Shown here: in pieces, positions 1 to 9,771 of the stretch
Position numbering within the stretch: the first letter of the stretch is position 1
Layout of the letters: each line of letters opens with the position of its first letter
Origin: Oscillospiraceae bacterium
GTDB taxonomy: Bacteria > Bacillota > Clostridia > Oscillospirales > JAAYXM01
Length of the DNA: 64,000 nt
Reading direction: 5' to 3'
Assembly (NCBI GenBank): GCA_017421025.1
Contig: JAFQME010000015.1
Span: 5,399-69,398 of the forward strand
Translations under genes and position numbers: made by a program
The notes under the pieces: model-generated
The model's database searches: none
What the model was told of the DNA's origin: nothing
What the model saw: only the letters and a program-made list of their open reading frames with translations

Positions 1-1
1 C

Positions 2-484
2 CACATCGACGCCCCCGGCCATGTCATCGAGGGCCGCACCCTCTTAGACGAATTTCCCGCATCGCAGTTTGTGGGCAAAGCGGTGGTGATCGACTGCACC
101 GACTGCAGCGGCGAGATTCCACTCTCCAAAGTACTTGGCTGTGCCGATGCCGCATCCGCAGACTTCCTTTTGTTCCGCACCGGTTGGGAGCGGTATTGGG
201 GTCAGGATGCCTACTTCGACGCATATCCGTATGTGTCCGAAGAAATCATCGACTTTGTGCTAAGCGGAAATTACAAAGGAATCGGGTTTGACACCATCGG
301 GCTGGACCCGGTCGGGAGTCTTACCCTGCATCTGAAACTGTTCACCAAAGACATTATAAACATCGAAAACCTGAAAAATTTGGAAATGTGTGGGAGCGGG
401 CTGTTTGACTTTGCAGTCCTTCCGCTGAAATTTCAAAACGCCGATGGCGCACCCGCCCGTGCGGTTGCGATCATCCAAGATTAA
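2..484 (+). CDS. putative cyclase / kynurenine formamidase-like protein (5' end outside window)
   Basis: The frame is open from nt 2. Translation starts HIDAPGH, which matches the HxDxPxH metal-site signature of the putative-cyclase/arylformamidase family, and runs into the listed 71..484 ORF. Confidence 0.7.
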   Translation, partial: HIDAPGHVIEGRTLLDEFPASQFVGKAVVIDCTDCSGEIPLSKVLGCADAASADFLLFRTGWERYWGQDAYFDAYPYVSEEIIDFVLSGNYKGIGFDTIGLDPVGSLTLHLKLFTKDIINIENLKNLEMCGSGLFDFAVLPLKFQNADGAPARAVAIIQD

Positions 485-498
485 AGGAGGTTTCTCTT

Positions 499-1443
499 AT
501 GGTAGCAATCATCATTCTTTTGGCAATCGTGTTATTCCTCATCATCCCGAACATCCGCATCGTCCCGCAGGCAACCGAGTTTGTCATTGAATTCCTGGGC
601 AAATACAAAACCACCTGGAGCGCTGGCATCCATGTCAAAATCCCGGTCTTGGAGCGTGTTGCAAAGCGCATCACCTTGAAAGAACAGGTCATGGATTCTC
701 CTCCTCAGCCGGTCATCACCAAGGACAACGTCACCATGCAGATCGACACCGTGGTGTTCTTCCGTATCTATGATGCAAAGCTCTATGCATACGGTGCGGT
801 CAACCCCATCTCCGCTCTGGAGAATCTCACCGCCACCACCCTGCGTAACCTGGTCGGTGAATTGGAACTCGACGCAACCCTGACCTCCCGTGACACCATC
901 AACGGCAAGATGACCGCCATCCTGGATGAAGCCACCGATCAGTGGGGCATCAAGGTCAGCCGTGTGGAACTTAAGAACATCATCCCGCCGGCAGCCATCC
1001 AGAATGCGATGGAAAAGCAGATGAAAGCAGAACGTGACCGCCGTGAGACCTTGCTCCAGGCAGAGGGTCACAGAGAAGCATCCATCACCCGTGCGGAAGG
1101 TGACAAGCAGGCAATGATCCTTGCGGCAGAAGGTGAACGTGATGCGAGAATCGCCCGTGCAGAAGGTGAAGCACGTGCAATTTACCTCGCAAAGAAAGCG
1201 GAGGCAGACGGTCTGCGTGCACTCAAGGAAGCAGGCGCAGATGCCGCAGTGCTCGAACTCAAGAAATTTGAAGCACTTGTTGCAATGGCAAACGGCAAAG
1301 CATCCAAGATCATCGTTCCGACCGATGCGGTAAACGCCACCAAGTCCAACGTCCTGTTCTCGGAGACCACCGGACTCGGTGATGTCACTCCGGAAGCGGC
1401 AGATCCCGTCCCGGAAGAAAAAGCAGATCCCTGCTGTGACTAA
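499..1443 (+). CDS. SPFH/band-7 (stomatin/prohibitin-like) membrane protein
   Basis: An N-terminal TM helix (VAIIILLAIVLFLIIP) is followed by an SPFH core (ITKDNVTMQIDTVVFFRI) and an Ala/Glu/Arg-rich coiled-coil tail. GGAGG lies 8 nt upstream of the ATG. Confidence 0.85.
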   Translation: MVAIIILLAIVLFLIIPNIRIVPQATEFVIEFLGKYKTTWSAGIHVKIPVLERVAKRITLKEQVMDSPPQPVITKDNVTMQIDTVVFFRIYDAKLYAYGAVNPISALENLTATTLRNLVGELELDATLTSRDTINGKMTAILDEATDQWGIKVSRVELKNIIPPAAIQNAMEKQMKAERDRRETLLQAEGHREASITRAEGDKQAMILAAEGERDARIARAEGEARAIYLAKKAEADGLRALKEAGADAAVLELKKFEALVAMANGKASKIIVPTDAVNATKSNVLFSETTGLGDVTPEAADPVPEEKADPCCD

Positions 1444-1449
1444 ATGAAA

Positions 1450-1489
1450 CAAGTACCGTGGTCGTTTGACCACGGTACTTGCTTTTTTT
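1450..1489. terminator. bidirectional intrinsic terminator between the SPFH gene and prfB
   Basis: A perfect 12-bp stem (caagtaccgtgg / ccacggtacttg) is followed by a T7 run on the + strand, and A-rich sequence precedes it. Confidence 0.8.
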
Positions 1490-2603
1490 AATTGTTCTTT
1501 TCCAGTGCCTTCATTTTCAGGTATGCGTTGATGAAGCCGTCCAGATCACCGTCCATCACCGCACCCACGTTTCCGTTTTCAAACCCGGTACGGGTGTCCT
1601 TGACCAACGTGTACGGCATAAAGACGTAGGAACGAATCTGACTGCCCCATTCGATCATGCGCTGCTCGCCCTTGATGTCCTCAATACGCTCGTAGTTTTC
1701 ACGCTCTTTGATCTCGATGAGCTTGGATTTCAGCATCCGCATCGCAACTTCACGGTTTTGGTGCTGGCTGCGCTCGTTTTGGCACGCAACCACAATGCCG
1801 GTCGGCAAATGCGTGATGCGGACCGCAGAGTCGGTCTTGTTGACGTGCTGACCGCCGGCGCCCGATGCACGGTAGGTGTCCACACGCAAATCCTCGCTGC
1901 GGATTTCGATTTCAATCTCCTCGTTGATTTCGGGGAGCACTTCCACCGCAGAAAACGAGGTGTGCCGACGCCCGGAGGAGTCAAACGGAGAAACACGCAC
2001 CAAACGGTGCACCCCCATTTCGCTCTTGAGGTAGCCGTATGCATTCTCGCCGGAGATCAAAATGCTTGCGCTTTTCACGCCCGCTTCTTCTCCGTCGATG
2101 TAATCCAAAATCTTGTAGCTGAAGCCGTGACGCTCCGCCCAGTGGGTATACATACGGTAAAGCATCTCGGTCCAGTCCTGCGCTTCGGTGCCGCCTGCGC
2201 CCGACTGGAAGCTCATGATGGCGTTGTTTGCGTCATACTCGCCTGAGAGCAGGGTGGCAAGGCGCTGGGATTCCAACTCCGCAGTCAGCGTTTTTACCGA
2301 CGCCCCCACTTCGGGTGCGAGGGAAGCGTCGCCTTCGTCCTCGGCAAGCTCGATTAAGGTGAGCGCATCTTCCACACCGGTGACCAACGCATTGTACTTT
2401 TCAATTTTATCTTTCAGCTGCTTGATGCGCTGGAGTACCTTCTGCGAATGTTCCAAATCGTTCCAGAATCCGTCAGCGGCAGACTCTTCCTCCAAACGTG
2501 CAACCTCCTCGGTCGCACCCGAAATGTCAAGCGCATCTTTTAACTCAGCCAGCGGCTCTTGCATCCCGGTCAGCGTCAGCCGATATTCATCAAATTCAAT
2601 CAT
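1488..2603 (-). CDS. prfB: peptide chain release factor 2, encoded in a single frame
   Basis: The 371-aa ORF carries the RF2-specific SPF motif (RVSPFDS) and GGQ (SGAGGQHVN). The position of the usual +1 frameshift site reads CTT GAC in frame. Confidence 0.95.
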   Translation of the reverse strand: MIEFDEYRLTLTGMQEPLAELKDALDISGATEEVARLEEESAADGFWNDLEHSQKVLQRIKQLKDKIEKYNALVTGVEDALTLIELAEDEGDASLAPEVGASVKTLTAELESQRLATLLSGEYDANNAIMSFQSGAGGTEAQDWTEMLYRMYTHWAERHGFSYKILDYIDGEEAGVKSASILISGENAYGYLKSEMGVHRLVRVSPFDSSGRRHTSFSAVEVLPEINEEIEIEIRSEDLRVDTYRASGAGGQHVNKTDSAVRITHLPTGIVVACQNERSQHQNREVAMRMLKSKLIEIKERENYERIEDIKGEQRMIEWGSQIRSYVFMPYTLVKDTRTGFENGNVGAVMDGDLDGFINAYLKMKALEKNN

Positions 2604-2634
2604 ATTGCCCTCCGTGTTTTCTTACTATATAAAT

Positions 2635-2663
2635 AGTATAGCGGATTTCGGTGTTCCTGTCAA
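2635..2663 (-). promoter_or_regulatory. sigma-A-type promoter of prfB
   Basis: On the minus strand: TTGACA, a 17-nt spacer, then TATACT, about 30 nt upstream of the GGAGGG RBS. Confidence 0.55.
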
Positions 2664-2747
2664 AAATTTTCAATTGTAACAAAACTCACCTTTGTGACAT
2701 GAAACTGCATGTTATGTTACAGCTGTATTACAAGTGCAAAAAACCGC

Positions 2748-2776
2748 TTGACGATTCTATTTGCATGGAGTATGAT
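2748..2776 (+). promoter_or_regulatory. sigma-A-type promoter of the SLH protein gene
   Basis: TTGACG (2748-2753), a 17-nt spacer, then TATGAT (2771-2776). Confidence 0.55.
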
Positions 2777-2789
2777 GATACACGTAAAA

Positions 2790-2809
2790 GGCGTATGTTC
2801 CCATACGTC
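2790..2809 (+). promoter_or_regulatory. 5' UTR stem-loop of the SLH protein mRNA
   Basis: The arms ggcgtatg / catacgtc form an 8-bp stem (one G-U pair) with a ttcc loop, close to the predicted 5' end of the transcript. Confidence 0.45.
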
Positions 2810-2834
2810 AAAAATTTAAAGGAGGATTCTCACT

Positions 2835-5756
2835 ATGAAGAACCTGAAAAAAGTTCTTGCATTGGCAATCGTGTTCGCAATGACCCTGACACTGTTTGCT
2901 GGTGCAGCGTTCGACGATGCTGACTCCATCGGCGTTGATTATCGCGATGACGTCAACATGCTCGTTGAACTCGGCGTTCTGAAGGGCTACGAAGACAACA
3001 CCTTCCGTCCGGAGAACGACATTACCCGCGCAGAGTTCGCGAAAATGGCTTACACCCTGAAGTACGGTTATGACGATCAGGGCCAGCTGTTCATCGGCCA
3101 GGCAAGCTCCTTCACCGACGTTGAAGGCGATGCTTCCGTCGCATGGGCAAAGGGCTACATCAACTACTGTGCTAACCAGAAGATCATCAGTGGCGTTGGC
3201 AACAACAAGTTCAACCCGAAGGGTAAAGTTACTGTTGCTGAAGCTGCAAAGATGCTCCTCGTTATCCTCGGCTGCGATCCGCAGACTGAAGGTCTCGTCG
3301 GTGCAAACTGGCAGGGCAACACCGTTGCTAAGGCAATCGAACTCGGCATCTTTGATGGCTGGGTTGGCGATCCGACCGCTCCGGCTTCCCGTCAGCTCGT
3401 TGCAAAGCTGATGAGAAACACCATCTTCGCTCCGATCTATGTCTACAGCCCGATCACCGGTGCTGGCTCTCAGAAGGACATTCTGGATCCGAAGGAAGAC
3501 AACATGACTCTCGGCGAGAAGACCATGGGCCTCCTCCATCAGACCGGTATCGTTGTTGCTAACGAGCGTTATGCAATCACCACCGACGATGAAGGCGAAG
3601 GCTTCGGCTTCAACCCGGCAGCAACCAACGACGAAGACAAGTCCGTCATCGCTTACAAGGATGCAAGCGACAACTGGAAGTCCCTGACCATCAACGTCGG
3701 CCTCGCTGACGATGCTATCGGTACTCTTGTTGATGTTTACTATGCATACGACAAGGATACCAAGCAGTACGAAGTTATCGGCAACGTTCTCACCAGTGCT
3801 AAGACTGTTGTTTACGAAGTTGACGCTGCTAACATCGACATCATGCCGAACGGCACCTCCCGTAAGACCGGTACCGTTAAGCCGGAAATCGTCTTCACCA
3901 CTGAAGATGGCGAATTCAGCATTGCTGCTCCGGCAGGCACCCCGCGCGAAGAACAGTACAAGAACGCTTACGACGGCGTTGCTTTCGTTGAGAAGAACCT
4001 GTTCTATGAAATCACTGCAGCTGCAGACGGCGATCTCGTAGGTTCCTACGAACTCGTTGCTGACGTTGACAATGCTATCATCGAGAACATGGGTGAAGAC
4101 GTTGCTACCTCTTACCGTTTGATCTCCGTCGACGGTGGCGCAACCATCTCCTACATCTTCTCCAACCCGAACGTTTCCTTCGGTCAGATCCAGAGCTACA
4201 GCGAATCCAAGGGCACCATCTCTTCCGCTAAGGCACTTGGCTCCAACAACGACCTTGATGATGTCGTCGTTTACGACGGTCTGAAGAAGGGTGACTACGT
4301 TGTTGCTAAGGCTGAAAACGGCAAGGCTGTTCTCTACCCGACCACCACTGTTACCGGTGCTGCTACCACTTGGTCCAAGAACACTGCTGTCATCAATGGC
4401 GAAACCTATGTTGGTTCCGACTTCTTCTTCAGCGGCTTGACCTCCAGCACTTTGGCAGACTTCTTCTCCAGCACTGAAGGCCGTGGCGCTGCTCGTGGTG
4501 CAAGCTACATTGCATTCGGCAACCTCCTCATGGCTATCGACGAAGATGTCGTTCTGTCCTCTGACACCAGCGCATACGCTGTCATCCTGAAGTCCTCTGC
4601 TGACGATCAGACTGGTGACGCTGTTGTTAAGCTCGGTCTGTCCGATGGCACCGAAGTCAGCTACACTGTTGACTACCTCACTCTGATCGACGGCACCACT
4701 GCTGACGCTGAAGAGGAAGACATCAGCAACTACTTCGCTGACAACCAGATGTTCGGTAACATCGTTTCCTACAACGTTGTTAACGGTAAGGCAGAAATCG
4801 TTGAAGAAGAGATCTTCGACGGCCCGGCTTCTCAGTACGAGATCTCCGGTGAAGCTATCTACAAGGCTGATGATGTTGACGAGAAGCTCTTCGCAAACGA
4901 CAACTCCACCATCTTCATGCTCTACACCACCACCGATACTTCCCGTAATGTCCGCTTCAAGACCTACAAGATGATGGACATGAACGAAGTTTCCTCTTCC
5001 GAGACTGTTGTCTACAACGATGACGGCTTCGCAAGAAAGGTTAACGGTGCTACCCTCATGCCGGTTTCCAAGAACTCCAACGAGCTCTTGATGGCTGTCA
5101 TGACCATGGGTTACGAAGGCGTTCCGTCCGTCTCCGGCCGTACCGACACTGTTGGTTACGTCGTTGATTCTCAGGTCGCTTACGATTCCGCAACCCGTAA
5201 GAACTACCTCGAAGTTTCCCTGATCAGCTTGAAGGATAAGGCTGTTGTTTCCGGCGCATTCAAGGATGCTAAGAACATCAGCTCCTACTCCGCAGGCACC
5301 TACATGGAAAACGACACTGATCCGTATGCAATCGGTTCCATCGCTAACTACGCACATGACGGCGAAGCATTCACCGCTGTTGACGTTGATAAGCTCGGTA
5401 CCGTACAGCATCAGAAGATCACCTACAGCGCAAGCAACCAGGGTTCTGAAAAGACCGGTTACTTCCGTGCAACCGTCGCTGACATCACCAAGACCCGTAT
5501 CTCCTTCTATCCGTACGGCACTGAAGCTCTTGATGATGGCTCCGGCTCCATCGACACCTCCGCTCTCCTGACTCTCCCGATCGACGAGTACCGCTATGAA
5601 GCAGTTGCTATCGTTGACGGCGAAGCAGAAGGCGATGCTGTTGAAGAGATCTCCAAGTACGACCAGGTTGAAGCAACTGATTACAACGCAGTCGTTCGTA
5701 TCAGCGCTTCCGGCCAGGTTGACCAGGTCTTCTCCATCTACGGTCTGATTGGCTAA
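2835..5756 (+). CDS. S-layer-type cell-surface protein with N-terminal SLH domains
   Basis: The protein has a signal peptide (MKNLKKVLALAIVFAMTLTLFAGA). Repeated SLH motifs follow (FDDADSIGVDYRDDVNMLVELGVLKGYEDNTFRPENDITRAEFAKM; FTDVEGDASVAWAKGYINYC...FNPKGKVTVAEAAKM). AAAGGAGG RBS. Third codon positions are strongly T/C-biased. Confidence 0.85.
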   Translation: MKNLKKVLALAIVFAMTLTLFAGAAFDDADSIGVDYRDDVNMLVELGVLKGYEDNTFRPENDITRAEFAKMAYTLKYGYDDQGQLFIGQASSFTDVEGDASVAWAKGYINYCANQKIISGVGNNKFNPKGKVTVAEAAKMLLVILGCDPQTEGLVGANWQGNTVAKAIELGIFDGWVGDPTAPASRQLVAKLMRNTIFAPIYVYSPITGAGSQKDILDPKEDNMTLGEKTMGLLHQTGIVVANERYAITTDDEGEGFGFNPAATNDEDKSVIAYKDASDNWKSLTINVGLADDAIGTLVDVYYAYDKDTKQYEVIGNVLTSAKTVVYEVDAANIDIMPNGTSRKTGTVKPEIVFTTEDGEFSIAAPAGTPREEQYKNAYDGVAFVEKNLFYEITAAADGDLVGSYELVADVDNAIIENMGEDVATSYRLISVDGGATISYIFSNPNVSFGQIQSYSESKGTISSAKALGSNNDLDDVVVYDGLKKGDYVVAKAENGKAVLYPTTTVTGAATTWSKNTAVINGETYVGSDFFFSGLTSSTLADFFSSTEGRGAARGASYIAFGNLLMAIDEDVVLSSDTSAYAVILKSSADDQTGDAVVKLGLSDGTEVSYTVDYLTLIDGTTADAEEEDISNYFADNQMFGNIVSYNVVNGKAEIVEEEIFDGPASQYEISGEAIYKADDVDEKLFANDNSTIFMLYTTTDTSRNVRFKTYKMMDMNEVSSSETVVYNDDGFARKVNGATLMPVSKNSNELLMAVMTMGYEGVPSVSGRTDTVGYVVDSQVAYDSATRKNYLEVSLISLKDKAVVSGAFKDAKNISSYSAGTYMENDTDPYAIGSIANYAHDGEAFTAVDVDKLGTVQHQKITYSASNQGSEKTGYFRATVADITKTRISFYPYGTEALDDGSGSIDTSALLTLPIDEYRYEAVAIVDGEAEGDAVEEISKYDQVEATDYNAVVRISASGQVDQVFSIYGLIG

Positions 5757-5767
5757 TTAAAAGCCTT

Positions 5768-5804
5768 AGAAAGGGTTGGCATTTCGCCAACCCTTTCTTT
5801 TTTT
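5768..5804 (+). terminator. intrinsic terminator 1 of the SLH protein gene
   Basis: Stem agaaagggttggc / gccaaccctttct followed by a T7 run. Confidence 0.85.
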
Positions 5805-5810
5805 AACCAA

Positions 5811-5868
5811 TAACACCCCATGAAGGAAATGCACTCGGCAGTCTTTCATAGGGTGTTATATTTTTTTG
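5811..5868 (+). terminator. second tandem hairpin terminator
   Basis: taacaccc pairs with gggtgtta and atgaa with ttcat, followed by a T-rich run. Confidence 0.6.
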
Positions 5869-5890
5869 TGCGAATCCCGAATTTGTGCGG

Positions 5891-6367
5891 TCAGAGATAA
5901 CTCTTGAATGTATTCAGCGCCGCTTGCTCGCTGGTAAGCAGTCGGTTTGCAAGGTCACCTGCGTTTGCATTTGCAGCGGAATACCGATTGATCGCTCGGT
6001 TTAAGTCGATAATCCCCATGTTATTTCCTTTAATCATGAGTTCCGCAAGCCGAGAAGAGGACCGATTCATCGCTGTATTCATTTCAATCCCCATTCTCAT
6101 CCCCATCCGTGCCATCAGCGGCTGTCCTTTTGGCGCTTCACCGCAGTTTTTCAGCTTCCGCACCGCTTCCGCCTCAATGGCACGCAAGTCGTGCAGCTGA
6201 TTCTGCAAGTCCTTGCTGAGTCGGTCATCATTGGTTTTGGGGAGAAGTGCATTGATAGCAGAAATACCGGACTCTGCATTTCGGTAAATCTCATTGAGAA
6301 ATGCTGTGAAATGTTCGGTGTGTTCCATTCCTGATTCCGTCCTTTCTTTTTTGTATAGTTTCTCCAT
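5891..6367 (-). CDS. hypothetical helical protein (start ambiguous, M1 or M14)
   Basis: This is a 158-aa ORF predicted to be all-helical (FLNEIYRNAESGISAINALL ... LLTSEQAALNTFKSYL). I recognise no motif, and neither candidate start has a clean RBS. Confidence 0.5.
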   Translation of the reverse strand: MEKLYKKERTESGMEHTEHFTAFLNEIYRNAESGISAINALLPKTNDDRLSKDLQNQLHDLRAIEAEAVRKLKNCGEAPKGQPLMARMGMRMGIEMNTAMNRSSSRLAELMIKGNNMGIIDLNRAINRYSAANANAGDLANRLLTSEQAALNTFKSYL

Positions 6368-6402
6368 GGCAAAATTTTTTATGTATCATAGCGGCGAAAT
6401 AC

Positions 6403-6431
6403 TTGAGTTTGCGTGTTTGTCGTGGTATGAT
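6403..6431 (+). promoter_or_regulatory. sigma-A-type promoter of lepA
   Basis: TTGAGT, a 17-nt spacer, then TATGAT with a TGg extended -10. Confidence 0.55.
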
Positions 6432-6480
6432 ATTGAAGTAGATTTGCGTTATAAATTTTCTTTTTGTTAGGAGAAAACCT

Positions 6481-8286
6481 GTGAAAAAACAAGAGAACAT
6501 TCGTAATTTTTGTATCGTTGCGCATATTGACCACGGAAAATCCACGCTGGCAGACCGTCTGCTTGAGCGTTGCAATGCGGTCACATCACGCGAAATGGAA
6601 AATCAAATCCTTGATAATATGGACTTAGAGCGTGAGCGTGGCATCACCATCAAAGCCCGTGCGGTCAAACTCTCGTATGCCGCACCCGATGGGGAGACCT
6701 ATGCGCTCAACTTGATTGACACCCCGGGTCATGTTGACTTCAACTACGAAGTCTCACGCTCCCTCGCTGCGTGCGAAGGTGCGATCTTAATTGTGGACGC
6801 AGCACAAGGCATCGAGGCGCAGACCCTTGCCAACACCTACCTCGCCATTGAACATGGCTTGGAGGTTGTCCCGGTCATCAATAAAATTGACCTGCCCAGC
6901 GCTGATCCGGACCGTGTAAAGAAAGAAATTGAGGACATCATCGGTATCCCTGCCGATGAAGCGCCGCTCATTTCCGCCAAACTCGGCACCAATATTGAAG
7001 ATGTCCTGGAGCAAGTGGTAGCGCAGATTCCGCCTCCCAAAGGCGATCCTGCCGCACCGCTCAAAGCAATCGTGTTTGACAGCCAGTATGATGCCTACCG
7101 TGGCGTCATTGTCTATATCCGTATCATGGAAGGCAGCATCCGCCCGGGCATGAATGTCCGCATGATGGCAACCGGTGCTGAATTCCAGGTGGTCGAGACC
7201 GGCACCCTGATGCCGCTTGGCCTTGCCCCGTCCGACGGACTCTCTGCCGGCGAGGTCGGCTATTTCACCGCCTCAATCAAAAACGTGAAAGACACCACCG
7301 TGGGTGACACGGTCACCGAAGTGGAACGCCCGGCAGACGAACCGCTTCCCGGCTATCGTCAGGTCCAGTCCATGGTGTTCTCGGGTATCTACCCGGCAGA
7401 CGGCGCAAAATACCCGGACCTGCGTGATGCGTTGGATAAACTCCAGCTCAACGACGCATCCCTCACCTATGAGCCGGAAAGCTCGGTCGCACTCGGCTTC
7501 GGCTTCCGCTGCGGGTTCTTGGGCCTGCTCCATATGGAAATCATCCAGGAGCGCCTGGAGCGTGAGTATAACCTCGACCTCATCACCACAGCGCCCAGTG
7601 TTATCTACAAAGTCAAGCGCACCAACGGGGAAGAGGAGTATATCGACAACCCGCTCAACTACCCGAACCCCACCGAAATCGAGTGGGCGGAGGAACCCTT
7701 TGTTGCGGCAAATATCATCACCCCGACCGACTATGTGGGCAACATCATGGAGTTGTGTCAGGACCGCCGCGGCGTGTTCAAAGACATGAAGTATTTGGAC
7801 GACACCCGAGTAGAGGTGCATTACGAGCTTCCGCTCAACGAAATCATCTATGATTTCTTTGATGCGCTCAAATCCCGCACCCGTGGCTATGCATCGTTGG
7901 ACTACGAACTCATCGGCTATCGCAAATCCGATCTGGTCAAGCTCGACATCATGCTCAACGGCGAGGTGGTGGATGCGCTGTCCTTTATCGTGCATACCGA
8001 AAAAGCATATGCCCGTGGCCGCAAGATTGCGGAAAAACTCAAGGAGAACATCCCTCGCCAGCTCTTTGAAATCCCGGTACAGGCGACCATCGGCAACCGC
8101 ATCATCGCACGTGAGACCGTCAAAGCCCTGCGCAAAGACGTTTTGGCGAAGTGTTACGGCGGCGATATTACCCGTAAAAAGAAACTCTTGGAAAAACAGA
8201 AAGAGGGCAAGAAGCGTATGCGTAGCCTGGGCACGGTGGAAGTGCCGCAGGAAGCGTTTATGGCAGTCCTCAAATTGGATGAATAG
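6481..8286 (+). CDS. lepA: translation elongation factor 4 (LepA)
   Basis: GTG start. G-domain motifs [14 protein letters not shown] and NKID are present, and the C-terminus is LepA-specific ([10 protein letters not shown]...[22 protein letters not shown]). Confidence 0.97.
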   Translation: MKKQENIRNFCIVAHIDHGKSTLADRLLERCNAVTSREMENQILDNMDLERERGITIKARAVKLSYAAPDGETYALNLIDTPGHVDFNYEVSRSLAACEGAILIVDAAQGIEAQTLANTYLAIEHGLEVVPVINKIDLPSADPDRVKKEIEDIIGIPADEAPLISAKLGTNIEDVLEQVVAQIPPPKGDPAAPLKAIVFDSQYDAYRGVIVYIRIMEGSIRPGMNVRMMATGAEFQVVETGTLMPLGLAPSDGLSAGEVGYFTASIKNVKDTTVGDTVTEVERPADEPLPGYRQVQSMVFSGIYPADGAKYPDLRDALDKLQLNDASLTYEPESSVALGFGFRCGFLGLLHMEIIQERLEREYNLDLITTAPSVIYKVKRTNGEEEYIDNPLNYPNPTEIEWAEEPFVAANIITPTDYVGNIMELCQDRRGVFKDMKYLDDTRVEVHYELPLNEIIYDFFDALKSRTRGYASLDYELIGYRKSDLVKLDIMLNGEVVDALSFIVHTEKAYARGRKIAEKLKENIPRQLFEIPVQATIGNRIIARETVKALRKDVLAKCYGGDITRKKKLLEKQKEGKKRMRSLGTVEVPQEAFMAVLKLDE

Positions 8287-8298
8287 TGGGGTGGCATC

Positions 8299-9483
8299 TT
8301 GAAACCGCTTGGTATTTACATTCACATTCCGTTTTGCAAAAGCCGCTGTGCATACTGCGATTTCCATTCGAATAAGACCACCAGCCAAAAGCAGATGGCA
8401 AACTACACCAAAACCGTGTGCAAGCATATCATCGAAGGGGGACTCCGTGACTCCGAGTACGAGGTGGACACCCTCTACTTCGGCGGCGGCACTCCGTCCT
8501 GGTGCGGTGCAAAGAACCTCATGCGGATTGCACGGTGTGTGTATAAATCCTTCAAGGTCTTAAACGACTGCGAAACCACGCTGGAGGCAAATCCGGACAC
8601 GGTGGATCTGAAACTGCTCAAAAAACTGCATAAAGTTGGGTTTAACCGCATCTCGTTTGGGATGCAGTCCTCCAATCCCATGGAACTCACCGACCTTGGC
8701 AGGACCCATACCTTTGAGCAGGTGAAAGCCGCAGTCGCCATGGCACGCAAAGCGAAGTTTGACAACATCTCGGTAGATCTGATGTACGGCATCCCGTCGC
8801 AGACCGCACAGACTTGGAAAAAAACGCTGGACGATGCAATCAGCCTGGAGGTGGAACACATCTCCTGCTATGCGCTGAAAGTGGAAGAAGGCACCAAACT
8901 GTTTGACCGCAAGGACGAATACACCTTCCCGGACGACGATGCGGTGGCAGACTTCTATCTCTATGCGGTGGAGCGCTTGGAAGATGCGGGCTACAAGCAG
9001 TATGAGATTTCGAATTTCGCTCGTCCGGGCTACATTTGCAAACACAATTACAAATACTGGAATCTCGGCGAGTATTGGGGCATCGGTCCCTCTGCCTATT
9101 CCTTCTTAAATCGGATGCGTTTTTCCTATCTCCCGCATACCGACCGCTATATGCAGGCGGTGGAAGCCGGGGATGCGATCATCCAAAACAGCGAGAAGGC
9201 AGAAGGCGTGGAGCGTGCAGGGGAGTACCTCATGCTCATGCTGCGGACCACCGAAGGTGTCTCGGGCGAGATTTTGGAGAAAAAATATCTGGTCTGCTTC
9301 GATACCATTGAAGCGTGCCTGAAGAAATATGCGGCAAAGGGCTATGCCAGATTCTCAAACGGGAATTGGAGCCTGACGCCCAGAGGATTCCTCATTTCCA
9401 ACACCATAATTTCGGATTTACTCATCGCACTTGAGAAATCCGAGCATATCACACAGGCAAATTACAGTCGTATGAAAGGATGA
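8299..9483 (+). CDS. hemW: radical SAM heme chaperone HemW (HemN-like)
   Basis: TTG start. The radical SAM motif is IPFCKSRCAYCDF (CxxxCxxC). It sits directly downstream of lepA, as in Bacillus. Confidence 0.9.
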   Translation: MKPLGIYIHIPFCKSRCAYCDFHSNKTTSQKQMANYTKTVCKHIIEGGLRDSEYEVDTLYFGGGTPSWCGAKNLMRIARCVYKSFKVLNDCETTLEANPDTVDLKLLKKLHKVGFNRISFGMQSSNPMELTDLGRTHTFEQVKAAVAMARKAKFDNISVDLMYGIPSQTAQTWKKTLDDAISLEVEHISCYALKVEEGTKLFDRKDEYTFPDDDAVADFYLYAVERLEDAGYKQYEISNFARPGYICKHNYKYWNLGEYWGIGPSAYSFLNRMRFSYLPHTDRYMQAVEAGDAIIQNSEKAEGVERAGEYLMLMLRTTEGVSGEILEKKYLVCFDTIEACLKKYAAKGYARFSNGNWSLTPRGFLISNTIISDLLIALEKSEHITQANYSRMKG

Positions 9484-9489
9484 TTTTTG

Positions 9490-9759
9490 ATGCGTGCAGT
9501 CATCACTGTGGTCGGTAAAGACACGGTCGGTATCATTGCGGAAGTTTCGCAAATCTTAAAAACCCATAAAATCAATATTCTGGACATCACACAGAGCATT
9601 TTAGACGACCTGTTCGTTATGGTCATGCTCACCGATATCAGTTCCACCACCCTGCAGCTTCCCGCTCTCACCGAGGCGATGAATACGCTGGGCGAGCAGT
9701 TGGGGCTGAAAATCCATGTCATGCATGAGGATGTATTCAATTCCATGCACCGTGTGTAA
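9490..9759 (+). CDS. ACT domain protein (UPF0237 family)
   Basis: A small ACT fold (AVITVVGKDTVGIIAEVSQIL) precedes a UPF0210 gene, which is the usual pairing. ATG at 9490 lies 9 nt after AAAGGA. Confidence 0.8.
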   Translation: MRAVITVVGKDTVGIIAEVSQILKTHKINILDITQSILDDLFVMVMLTDISSTTLQLPALTEAMNTLGEQLGLKIHVMHEDVFNSMHRV

Positions 9760-9771
9760 GGGGAGAACATC

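Noticed and set aside
2808-5411. 867-aa ORF antisense to the SLH protein gene
   Set aside because: It is a shadow ORF caused by the strong NNC/NNT codon bias of the sense gene. Its translation is low-complexity (Val/Asp/Gly/Ser-rich) with no RBS. The sense frame has clear SLH motifs and a signal peptide.
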